The notes under the pieces: model-generated | Seen by the model: only the letters and a program-made list of their open reading frames with translations | Told to the model about the DNA's origin: nothing | Database searches by the model: none | In this document: positions 1 through 6,919 of the stretch, piece after piece | Position numbering within the stretch: the stretch's first letter is position 1 | How the letters are laid out: each line of letters starts with the position of its first letter | Program-made: the position numbers and the translations under genes | Source of the DNA: a virus | Direction: 5' to 3' (one strand) | Length of the DNA stretch: 45,213 nt | IMG/VR virus record: IMGVR_UViG_3300010224_000017

Positions 1-54
1 GCCGCATGACCGCGCCCCCCTGCACCCCGCTGATAAGCCGTCCCTGTAGTTCCG
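1..54 (+). repeat. Terminal exact duplicate of 45160..45213 (circular-closure overlap)
   Basis: Base-by-base comparison shows 54/54 identity. The copy contains the last codons and TGA stop of the 44698..45168 gene. Confidence 0.95.
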
Positions 55-106
55 CGGCGACGCTGATTTCCCGAACCTTCCTCGCGGTCGAGGAGGGCCG
101 CATTCA

Positions 107-871
107 ATGACCACGACAATTTCACCCGAAGTCGCCGACATCCTGACCCGCTCGACCGTGGAAGGCATGATCCTTCGACTGCCGGAGGGCCAGCTTCCGC
201 GACCGCTCTACGCCGCTACGGATAAGGTCATCAGCATGCTGGGCGGAAAATGGGATCGGCGGAGGGGCGGACACGTCTTCCCATTCGACCCAGCCGAGAA
301 GATCGCGGATGCGCTCGGCACGGGAAAGGTGGTGAGCCGGCAGCAAACCCTACAGCTGTTCGAGACACCGCTCGATTTGGCGGATCGGCTCGTCCGCGCG
401 CTTGGACACATTGAGGGCCAGATATGCCTTGAACCAAGCGCGGGCCGCGGGCGGATCATTCAAGCCTTGGCGATGCGTGACCCTGCGCGCATCTACGCGG
501 TCGAGATCGACGCAGACAATGCGCAAGTGCTGCACGATCAAAACCAGGCGCATCATATCGTCGTGGGTGACTTCCTGGAGCAGGGGCTTGGCGGCCTCCG
601 TGTCGATGCTGTGGCAATGAATCCGCCGTTCACCCGCAATCAGGACATCAAGCACGTTCGGCACGCCTTCAGCTTCCTGCGGCCGGGCGGGGTGCTGGCA
701 GCGATCGTTAGCGAGCATGGGTTCATCGGGCCTGAGCGCGAGTGCGTCGAATGGCGCGAATGGCTGGAAGAGAATGAGGCTGAGATAGAGATCATCCCGG
801 CCGGCACGTTCAAGGAGAGCGGAACGGCTGTTCAGACCCGCATGGTCGTGATCTGGAAAGCCGCAGCATGA
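107..871 (+). CDS. N6-adenine DNA methyltransferase (orphan, phage/plasmid type with an N-terminal accessory domain)
   Basis: Motif I LEPSAGRGRI and motif IV NPPF. SD GAGGAGGG lies upstream of the ATG. Confidence 0.8.
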   Translation: MTTTISPEVADILTRSTVEGMILRLPEGQLPRPLYAATDKVISMLGGKWDRRRGGHVFPFDPAEKIADALGTGKVVSRQQTLQLFETPLDLADRLVRALGHIEGQICLEPSAGRGRIIQALAMRDPARIYAVEIDADNAQVLHDQNQAHHIVVGDFLEQGLGGLRVDAVAMNPPFTRNQDIKHVRHAFSFLRPGGVLAAIVSEHGFIGPERECVEWREWLEENEAEIEIIPAGTFKESGTAVQTRMVVIWKAAA

Positions 872-905
872 CCCCACCCCTTCTCGCGCCTGAGGAGGGG
901 CGAAG

Positions 906-1118
906 GTGATGATCGGTGACGAACGCTATTGGGGCCCGAACTGGCTAGAGGCGAACGAACGGATCAAGCGGCATCCTCAGGCCGCCGTCGCGATCGTGGG
1001 CCGCTATTCCTCGCGTCAGTGGAAGGACGCCCGCCGAACCGCCGTTTGCGCAGCCGGGTTCAATACCCCGCTCTGGCAAGAGGCTGTGCTGCAAACTTAC
1101 GGCATTTGCCCCTCCTAA
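906..1118 (+). CDS. Hypothetical protein (70 aa)
   Basis: ORF in the same-strand array after the methyltransferase. GTG/ATG start follows GAGGAGGGGCGAAGG. Confidence 0.45.
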   Translation: MMIGDERYWGPNWLEANERIKRHPQAAVAIVGRYSSRQWKDARRTAVCAAGFNTPLWQEAVLQTYGICPS

Positions 1119-1158
1119 CCCCAACCCCCAGATTGTAGAGAGATGAGGAGACGAAGGG

Positions 1159-1443
1159 ATGGGAGAATATTCTCTTACTTTCGACGACAATTTGATGAGC
1201 GCCAATGGCGGGCCATGGACCTATTACAATGGCCTACGAGCGCCAGCATCTAGTGATGAGTGGTTGAGCGACTTGAGGGAAGCTTATGCGGAGGCGACTC
1301 TTTTGAGCCATCTTCCCGATGGTCATGTCATTCAGGGCGAAGAGCATGGGTTAGTCATTCGGCAGAATGCAGCGCGTCGGCGTGTGTTCGAAGGAGATTG
1401 CCTAGCCATCGTCGGTGAGCTTCTCCGACGCCTAGCCCCCTAA
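1159..1443 (+). CDS. Hypothetical protein (94 aa)
   Basis: ORF preceded by GAGGAGACGAAGGG. The region looks locally AT-richer. Confidence 0.5.
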   Translation: MGEYSLTFDDNLMSANGGPWTYYNGLRAPASSDEWLSDLREAYAEATLLSHLPDGHVIQGEEHGLVIRQNAARRRVFEGDCLAIVGELLRRLAP

Positions 1444-1464
1444 CCCCCACTTTGCGCGGAGCCT

Positions 1465-1734
1465 ATGGGAGGAGACGAAGATGCTGAATTACGTGTTCTA
1501 GGCCGAGCGATCTGCCCCCCCGAGATGGAGATGATGATGGACCCGATGGCCGCTTTTCACATTGCCGTCAGCGTGGGTGATTACAGCCCGCCGGCCGAAG
1601 CCGCTAAGATGATCTGTGGCGCGCGCGGACAACACCCGTACGACACGGCCATGACGCCATTCGGACACCTTCCGAGGTGGCAGGCGGTGATCTTGGAGGC
1701 TAAGCTCCTCGCTATGTTGGGTCCGTCAGCTTAG
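1465..1734 (+). CDS. Hypothetical protein (start uncertain; may begin at the MEMMMD methionines near 1525)
   Basis: ORF in the same-strand array. No recognisable motif. Confidence 0.4.
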   Translation: MGGDEDAELRVLGRAICPPEMEMMMDPMAAFHIAVSVGDYSPPAEAAKMICGARGQHPYDTAMTPFGHLPRWQAVILEAKLLAMLGPSA

Positions 1735-1763
1735 GGATCGGGCGGAGGGGGAAGGATACAGGA

Positions 1764-2030
1764 ATGGAACAACACCACGCGCAATCGACCGGGGAACCGC
1801 CCGCCCATTGGCCCGCGGGGATCAAGCCTATCTCGCTTGATGGCCTGAACCTCATCGGCGTCGACAGGGACGGCAAGATCTATTGGGACGGCCGGCCGAT
1901 TGAGGTGAGCCGCGGTGTCGTCTTCACCTTCTGGCAGAAGGCGCTGGCCGTGGCCGTATCCGCCTCCGCCATCGTCGCGGCGCTGGCAGGCGTCGTGCAG
2001 GCCTACGCTGCGCTTCATTGCGCCCACTGA
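1764..2030 (+). CDS. Hypothetical protein with a C-terminal transmembrane helix
   Basis: Hydrophobic stretch ALAVAVSASAIVAALAGVVQAYAAL. SD GGAAGGA lies upstream. Confidence 0.5.
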   Translation: MEQHHAQSTGEPPAHWPAGIKPISLDGLNLIGVDRDGKIYWDGRPIEVSRGVVFTFWQKALAVAVSASAIVAALAGVVQAYAALHCAH

Positions 2031-2041
2031 TCGGAGAGAAC

Positions 2042-2272
2042 ATGAGCCTACACGACGCACTGAATCGCCTGCGGCTGTTCCGCTCCTCCTTCGAAGAGGG
2101 CGAGATATGCGAAGAGACCGGCCTGACCACGGGGGACTTGGATTTGATCTTGAGCGTGCTGGAGCCCGCCGGGAAGATCGAGTGCGTCACCTGCGGGCAG
2201 TATTTCGACCCGGCTGACAAGGGCGCGGCTGCGCATCACGACCAGGAAGCGCATCAGCCCCAGGGCGGGTGA
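2042..2272 (+). CDS. Hypothetical protein (76 aa)
   Basis: ATG at 2042 is preceded by GGAGAG. The longer ORF from 2018 would overlap the previous gene. Confidence 0.5.
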   Translation: MSLHDALNRLRLFRSSFEEGEICEETGLTTGDLDLILSVLEPAGKIECVTCGQYFDPADKGAAAHHDQEAHQPQGG

Positions 2273-2586
2273 TGCCCCGCAATAAGGCCACTCAGCGCCA
2301 GATCACGCTCGCGATGCTTGTCCTGGACGATGCCGCCTTCAAGGCGAACACCGAGCGCAGCGACACTCATGCCGTTCGCCTCGCGCTCGCCGTCCTCTGG
2401 GGCATCATGCGGGACAGGTCGGCGCTCACCGAGTTTCTGGACAAGGTCACGAACGTCTCGCCTCACCCATGGGAGGGCGCACGGGAGGCATGGTACGGGA
2501 TCGCAGCCACCCTGCGCGAAGAAGGCTGGTACGCCCCTATCGAGCAGGAATGGATTGCGGTTAGGGATGCGGAGACGCGGGGATAG
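2269..2586 (+). CDS. Hypothetical protein (105 aa)
   Basis: GTGATG start overlaps the upstream stop. This is the last + strand gene before the convergent minus-strand operon end. Confidence 0.5.
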   Translation: MMPRNKATQRQITLAMLVLDDAAFKANTERSDTHAVRLALAVLWGIMRDRSALTEFLDKVTNVSPHPWEGAREAWYGIAATLREEGWYAPIEQEWIAVRDAETRG

Positions 2587-2587
2587 C

Positions 2588-4135
2588 CTAAGCGATCGCC
2601 GCCGCCGCCAGCTTACCCATCCACTCCGCGACCTGTCGCTGGATAGCCGCGCCCTCCGCAGCAAGGGCCGCCAGGTCCACCTTCGGCCGGTTCGACGCGA
2701 TCCACTTCATCATCGCGTCCCAGCCTGGCGTGCCGTAGAGGCCCCACAGCCCGTTCTCGCCCCAGCCACCTTGATCGTTGAAGGCGCAGAACAGCTTCAC
2801 GCCGGCGTCGGAGCAAGCTTTCAGGTTCGCCGTCATCACGTCCGCGGCGCGCGGGTCGCGCATGATCTTGGCGAAGAAGTCGACCACCTGCGCTTTGGTG
2901 ATGCCCGTGCCTTTCGACACCAGCGCGGAATCGGCGAAGTTCGGGATCGCATAGAACGAGGTGTTGCCCTCATAGACGACCAGACCGAGCCCGTGCGCGT
3001 CGGCAATTGCCTTGTGCTTCGGCAGGATCTTCGCAGCGGCCCAATCGGGCGAGCTGGACGGGCCATGCTGGATCGTCGCGAAAGCGGTGTCGAGGTCGCC
3101 CGCCTTGGTCATCGCGACCGTCTTGGCGAAGTCGGCCACCACGTCACCATGGATATACGAGCTGATCGACCAATCGGAGAAGTCGGCATCCGTGCCGCCG
3201 GCCGCCGTCACGCCCGCCCACACGGCCACAGCCTGATCCGGCAGATTGGTGAAGCAGCCGAGCGCCATGCGGAAGTCGCGGCCGATCTTCCAGCCGGCTG
3301 CCTGAATGACGCGCGACACCTGCGCGGCGCGGTACCCGTACCAGCGCTGCCCGGTTGGCTTCGCGACCGCGGGCAGGGCCCCTGTGGCCTTCTCCTGCGC
3401 GATGGATAGGGAGTGAGCCCTGAATTGGCTGTTCCACACCTCGTTGCCGAGCTCGACGTGGACCGCGATCCCCGCCGCGCGCACCGGCTCGAACGCCTTC
3501 ATGATCTGGCGCACCGTGTCGTCCGATGCGGCAACCGGAATATTGATCCAGAGCGCGAGCCTGGTCTGCAGCGCGAAATTGACGATCGCGCGCAGCGGCA
3601 TGGCCTTCAGCACGGGGGCCGCCGCCAGCATATTCGGCTCAGGATAGACCGCGCTCACATTGGCGTTGGTCCCCATCCAGTCCATGACGCGCGCGACCGT
3701 GAAGCCAGCGAACCGGGAGAGGTAGGCCGGGCAGAATGCCAGCGGGTCGGCCCGCCACAGCTTTTCCTCGTCGACGGGGACGATCGCCCAGCGCGTCTCA
3801 TCGGAGCCCGTCGTGGTCACGCTCAGCGCTGCCCCGCCTTGGGCTGTAAACTTCCCGACGCCGTCGGTGATCGTGACCGGAACATGGCCGCCCGTGTCCG
3901 CGCCCAGGTTCACGTCCGCCTTCGTGACGGTACCGGAGATCACGACGAACAGGAAGTCGCGTGTCTCCGCTCCCAGCGATACCGTCTGGCCGTATTTCCC
4001 ATCCGCTACAGGCCATCCGTTAGGACCGAGCGTAGCGCCCGACATTGAGCGCGGGAGGCTTCCGCTCAGCACCCGGTCAACGAAGATCGGTTCGCCGTAC
4101 GAGGTTGGGAGGGCTAGGTTTATGCCGAGGTCCAT
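2588..4135 (-). CDS. Putative glycoside hydrolase, clan GH-A-like TIM barrel (candidate tail-associated polysaccharide depolymerase)
   Basis: ELGNEVWN (acid/base-type NE) and VVYEGN (nucleophile-type E) motifs. Start chosen at ATG 4135 with AAGGAG 7 nt upstream. The longer ORF to 4225 would overlap the o-spanin. Confidence 0.55.
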   Translation of the reverse strand: MDLGINLALPTSYGEPIFVDRVLSGSLPRSMSGATLGPNGWPVADGKYGQTVSLGAETRDFLFVVISGTVTKADVNLGADTGGHVPVTITDGVGKFTAQGGAALSVTTTGSDETRWAIVPVDEEKLWRADPLAFCPAYLSRFAGFTVARVMDWMGTNANVSAVYPEPNMLAAAPVLKAMPLRAIVNFALQTRLALWINIPVAASDDTVRQIMKAFEPVRAAGIAVHVELGNEVWNSQFRAHSLSIAQEKATGALPAVAKPTGQRWYGYRAAQVSRVIQAAGWKIGRDFRMALGCFTNLPDQAVAVWAGVTAAGGTDADFSDWSISSYIHGDVVADFAKTVAMTKAGDLDTAFATIQHGPSSSPDWAAAKILPKHKAIADAHGLGLVVYEGNTSFYAIPNFADSALVSKGTGITKAQVVDFFAKIMRDPRAADVMTANLKACSDAGVKLFCAFNDQGGWGENGLWGLYGTPGWDAMMKWIASNRPKVDLAALAAEGAAIQRQVAEWMGKLAAAAIA

Positions 4136-4164
4136 GGGGAGGCTCCTTGCGATGGGGGTCGGGG

Positions 4165-4515
4165 CTAGTTCCAGAGCTTCCACCATGGCCGCGGCCGCGC
4201 TTCCTTGGCGGCCTTGGCTTGCCATTGCTGGCAGGTATCGAGGATGCCCTGCACGCCCGCCTTGTCCGCGTTCGCTCGCTCGAGCTGGCCCGTCTGCTGG
4301 ACCCCGAAGGTCGCGAGCGCGCCGGCCGTGTCGTCAGCGGGGAGAGGTGCGCCCGGCGTCCGGCTGAGCAGCCCCGAGGCTTTCACCAGGTCCCCGCAGG
4401 GCAACGCACCCTGCGTCACCTGAATAGGTGCGGTCATACAGGCAGACAGAAGAGCGCATAGCGGCAGCAACGGCAGGAACCGGAGTGCCCGCATCGGCGG
4501 CAATTTGGACGGCAC
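4165..4515 (-). CDS. o-spanin (outer-membrane lipoprotein), overlapping the i-spanin gene out of frame
   Basis: Signal peptide plus lipobox, MRALRFLPLLPLCALLSAC. The likely start is the internal Met at 4494. It overlaps 4334..4828 by 182 nt. Confidence 0.7.
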   Translation of the reverse strand: MPSKLPPMRALRFLPLLPLCALLSACMTAPIQVTQGALPCGDLVKASGLLSRTPGAPLPADDTAGALATFGVQQTGQLERANADKAGVQGILDTCQQWQAKAAKEARPRPWWKLWN

Positions 4516-4828
4516 GGACGCCTCCTTCGGTGATAGTCTGGATATGGTCGACTTCCTTGTCGTGAAGGGTGATCACCCTCACGGCATCCTGCGCGGCGCC
4601 TGCAGTCGCTTTCGCGGTCACCGCTTCCACCTTCGCGCCGGCGGCCTTCGCCTCCGCATGCTGAGCGCGCCCGAACAGCAGCCACCACGCGAGCACGACC
4701 AGCGCGATCACGACCAAGCCGAGCACCAGATAGGCGATAGGCTTTACCAGCCGCGTCCCTGGCACCGCCGTCTCGACGCCGGCCTCCGCGACATCGACCG
4801 CGCCGCGGAAGAGCCGGCCGACGTTCAC
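4334..4828 (-). CDS. i-spanin (N-terminal TM helix, Ala/Lys-rich periplasmic region)
   Basis: GTG start at 4828 overlaps the stop of the upstream small ORF (GTGA). TM segment PIAYLVLGLVVIALVVLAWWLLF. It lies next to holin and endolysin. Confidence 0.6.
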   Translation of the reverse strand: MNVGRLFRGAVDVAEAGVETAVPGTRLVKPIAYLVLGLVVIALVVLAWWLLFGRAQHAEAKAAGAKVEAVTAKATAGAAQDAVRVITLHDKEVDHIQTITEGGVRAVQIAADAGTPVPAVAAAMRSSVCLYDRTYSGDAGCVALRGPGESLGAAQPDAGRTSPR

Positions 4829-4953
4829 GCTTGCCTCTGGCGATAGGTGATCGACGGGTTCGCCTCCGCATATTCGCGCGAGACGAACTTCCCCGTGATC
4901 GAGCTGCGATAGACGTAACGGCGCTGCAGCAGGCGCTTGATGAAGCGGATCAT
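4825..4953 (-). CDS. Small basic protein (42 aa) inside the lysis cassette
   Basis: MIRFIKRLLQRRYVYRSSITGKFVSREYAEANPSITYRQRQA. ATGA overlap with the holin stop and GTGA overlap with the i-spanin start. Confidence 0.5.
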   Translation of the reverse strand: MIRFIKRLLQRRYVYRSSITGKFVSREYAEANPSITYRQRQA

Positions 4954-5231
4954 ACCTGACCTCCTTGCTGGGGGACGTTCTCGGCTGCCGCCTTGGCGAC
5001 ATTCCGATCCTTGAGAGCGACCGCGCCCGCTACCGCGCCGACGCAGACACCCAAGCCGGCTGGGAAGACCATGCAGTAGGTGGCCAGGTCGAATTTCACA
5101 CCGCACCAAAGGCGCTCGTAAAGGACCATGGCGTTCGCGGTCGTGATGTAGCTGATCGCGCCAACGGCCCCGACGACGCGGTTGATCTCGTACTCGCCGC
5201 CGATGCCCTTGAGCATGTTCGAAAGGCTCAT
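4950..5231 (-). CDS. Holin (two predicted TM helices, charged C-terminus)
   Basis: Hydrophobic segments VVGAVGAISYITTANAMVLY and LATYCMVFPAGLGVCVGAVAGAVAL. ATGA overlap with the endolysin stop. Confidence 0.7.
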   Translation of the reverse strand: MSLSNMLKGIGGEYEINRVVGAVGAISYITTANAMVLYERLWCGVKFDLATYCMVFPAGLGVCVGAVAGAVALKDRNVAKAAAENVPQQGGQV

Positions 5232-5887
5232 TGCAGGACCCCCAGAAGCGTGGCGCGCAGAGACGCGACATGGTCGAGCCCAATGCTGCCGCCGTTGGTG
5301 AGGCGACGCGCCTCGACGAAGTCGCCACGGTCGACCGCAGCGTTGACCTTGCGCTCCTTGAAGAATTCGAGCGCGATCAGGGTCGAGACGTAGGGGTCAG
5401 CGGCCTTGTCTGGATTCGCGACCAGGTCGATGCCGATCGCGCGCCCGAACTGCGCATAGGCGGCCTTGCCGGTGAGCTGCAGCGCGCCGCGCCCGCGGTA
5501 GCGCCAGCCGTCGCCGCAGCCCACGGGGCCATTACCCATCCGGCCGCCATAGGCATGCTCCGCGATGCGGTCGGGCCGGCCGAAGCATTCCTGCGCGCTC
5601 GCAATGGTGAAATGGCTGGGCCACTGCCTCAGCATCGCCTGCACGGAATAGTTCAGGTTTTCCTGCCAGCGGGTGAAGCCGCCGGTCTCGTTGGCGATCT
5701 GGGCCACGAACTCGGCCAGGCGGGCCGGGGTCGTTAGGCCGTAATCGTGCGCGTAGCGCGCGAGGCAGTCCGCGACAGGCTGGCAGGGGCTGCCGGCGCG
5801 GTCGATCAGCGCCGCATAGGTCTTCGGGCCGTCATCGCCATCCGCGACGACGCCAAGGCGCGCCTGCGCCTGTTTCCAGTCGATCAT
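5228..5887 (-). CDS. Endolysin: N-terminal peptidoglycan-binding repeat plus a GH19-type (COG3179-like) muramidase domain
   Basis: LGVVADGDDGPKTYAAL (PG_binding_1-like). IANETGGF ... GDGWRYRGRGALQLTGKAAY (GH19 lysozyme-like signature). Confidence 0.85.
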   Translation of the reverse strand: MIDWKQAQARLGVVADGDDGPKTYAALIDRAGSPCQPVADCLARYAHDYGLTTPARLAEFVAQIANETGGFTRWQENLNYSVQAMLRQWPSHFTIASAQECFGRPDRIAEHAYGGRMGNGPVGCGDGWRYRGRGALQLTGKAAYAQFGRAIGIDLVANPDKAADPYVSTLIALEFFKERKVNAAVDRGDFVEARRLTNGGSIGLDHVASLRATLLGVLQ

Positions 5888-5957
5888 GGGAACCCCACTC
5901 GGTTGAGATGGTTGTGATCGACGAGACCGGCCCTTAGCCCCCCGCTCGTCGGTCCCG

Positions 5958-6146
5958 CTATTTCGCCCCGCCTGACCCCCCGCAGGCGGGGCGCTTGCGT
6001 TTGGGGTTGATCGGAGGGAATCCGCTGGGCTGTGTAAGCTCTTCGTCGGGGAGGTCGGCCGCTTCGAATATCAGCCCCAGGGCGACGACAGCGGCGTCCA
6101 GTTCATCGCATGGTGGCAGCGCATAATCGCCGCGGCGGTAGGTCAT
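5958..6146 (-). CDS. Hypothetical small protein (62 aa)
   Basis: ORF overlapping the stop of the upstream ORF (6143..6146). Confidence 0.4.
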   Translation of the reverse strand: MTYRRGDYALPPCDELDAAVVALGLIFEAADLPDEELTQPSGFPPINPKRKRPACGGSGGAK

Positions 6147-6328
6147 TTTAGGCGGTCGAGCAGGTCGTCGTCGGACCCGTCTTCGGGCTTCACGGGGTAG
6201 GCGGTGTGAAGAAGCCGAGAGATGCTCGGATGCTTCGATGTGTGCCAGCTCAGCACCCTATGGAGGGGGCTTGCCAGCATGATCGCCAACCCAACGAGTG
6301 CGATCGCGATTCCGTCGAGGCCGATCAC
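6143..6328 (-). CDS. Hypothetical small membrane protein (61 aa, one TM)
   Basis: IAIALVGLAIMLASPL hydrophobic helix. 4-nt overlaps on both sides. Confidence 0.5.
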   Translation of the reverse strand: MIGLDGIAIALVGLAIMLASPLHRVLSWHTSKHPSISRLLHTAYPVKPEDGSDDDLLDRLK

Positions 6329-6564
6329 CGCTTCTGATCCTGCATCGCTTCAAGGCGCCCCTCTATGCGCGCGGTGCGCGCGTCGATGCTGCCTAGGGTG
6401 TCGGTGCGCTTCTGGTCGTTCGCCTCGAGCACGCCGATGCGACGGGTGTTGTCGCTGACGTTGCTCGCGATGTTCGAAGCAGCCCAGATGAGGCCCGCGA
6501 CCGTGAGCACCATGCCGACCAGCGGGAGCCAGTCTAGCCACCCGGGCTTTTGACGCGCGTTCAC
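6325..6564 (-). CDS. Hypothetical membrane-anchored coiled-coil protein (79 aa)
   Basis: TM WLPLVGMVLTVAGLIWAASNI, followed by a charged helical tail. Confidence 0.55.
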   Translation of the reverse strand: MNARQKPGWLDWLPLVGMVLTVAGLIWAASNIASNVSDNTRRIGVLEANDQKRTDTLGSIDARTARIEGRLEAMQDQKR

Positions 6565-6706
6565 AGCCGTCCCGGGCCCCGGCCGAAGGTGTCCAGTTCA
6601 CACATAGGTTAGGATCCCCCCGGATCGGTGGTGGAGGCGAAGAGGTCGTGACTATGAGGCCGCTAGTGAGCGGCGAGCGGCAGTTTCGTCTTGCGAGCGC
6701 GCGAGT

Positions 6707-6895
6707 TTAGTCCTGGCGCTCCAGCCAGCATTCGGAGCACTCGCCAGTCTCTTGGTGAGGGCAGGCCTGCGCTTTGTCCAAGCGCTCGCAAACGCGCGCC
6801 AGAATACGCCAAAGCCATCCCGCCTTGGGCGTCTGATCATCGGCCAGAATCGGCGCGACTATCCTAGTTGCCATTGCCCCACGCTCCCCCAACAC
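6707..6895 (-). CDS. Hypothetical Cys-containing small protein (start may be ATG 6874)
   Basis: ORF between the SGNH gene and the small membrane ORFs. GGGGGAG lies upstream of ATG 6874. Confidence 0.4.
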   Translation of the reverse strand: MLGERGAMATRIVAPILADDQTPKAGWLWRILARVCERLDKAQACPHQETGECSECWLERQD

Positions 6896-6919
6896 AGGCC
6901 TAACCTATGTCGGGAACAA

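Noticed and set aside
1-54. The 54-nt terminal repeat read as attL/attR or as phage direct terminal repeats.
   Set aside because: The repeat includes the end of a CDS, and a separate tRNA-derived attP lies at 44415..44460. The Nu1/GpA-type terminase also predicts cos ends near 25924..26076. A circular-assembly overlap is the simpler reading.
1515-1521. A C7 homopolymer near the start of ORF 1465..1734 as a phase-variation or frameshift switch linking the mini-ORF at 1481.
   Set aside because: The mini-ORF frame already ends at a TAG (1499..1501) before the C-run, so slippage could not fuse the frames.
4334-5002. Full-length track ORFs 4334..5002 (222 aa), 18722..19270 (182 aa), 2588..4225 (545 aa) and several others, taken at face value.
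   Set aside because: Their N-terminal extensions overlap well-supported upstream genes and are Arg/Pro-rich. Internal starts with SD sequences or stop-start overlaps give syntenic, sensible proteins.
6602-6910. A perfect 12-bp inverted repeat (ACATAGGTTAGG at 6602..6613; CCTAACCTATGT at 6899..6910) brackets the small ORF 6707..6895. I considered an invertible segment, a MITE or a long-range RNA stem.
   Set aside because: There is no invertase or transposase in the genome and no target-site duplication. A rough estimate gives about one chance 12-bp inverted repeat within 300 bp in 45 kb. It is worth a look only if conserved in relatives.
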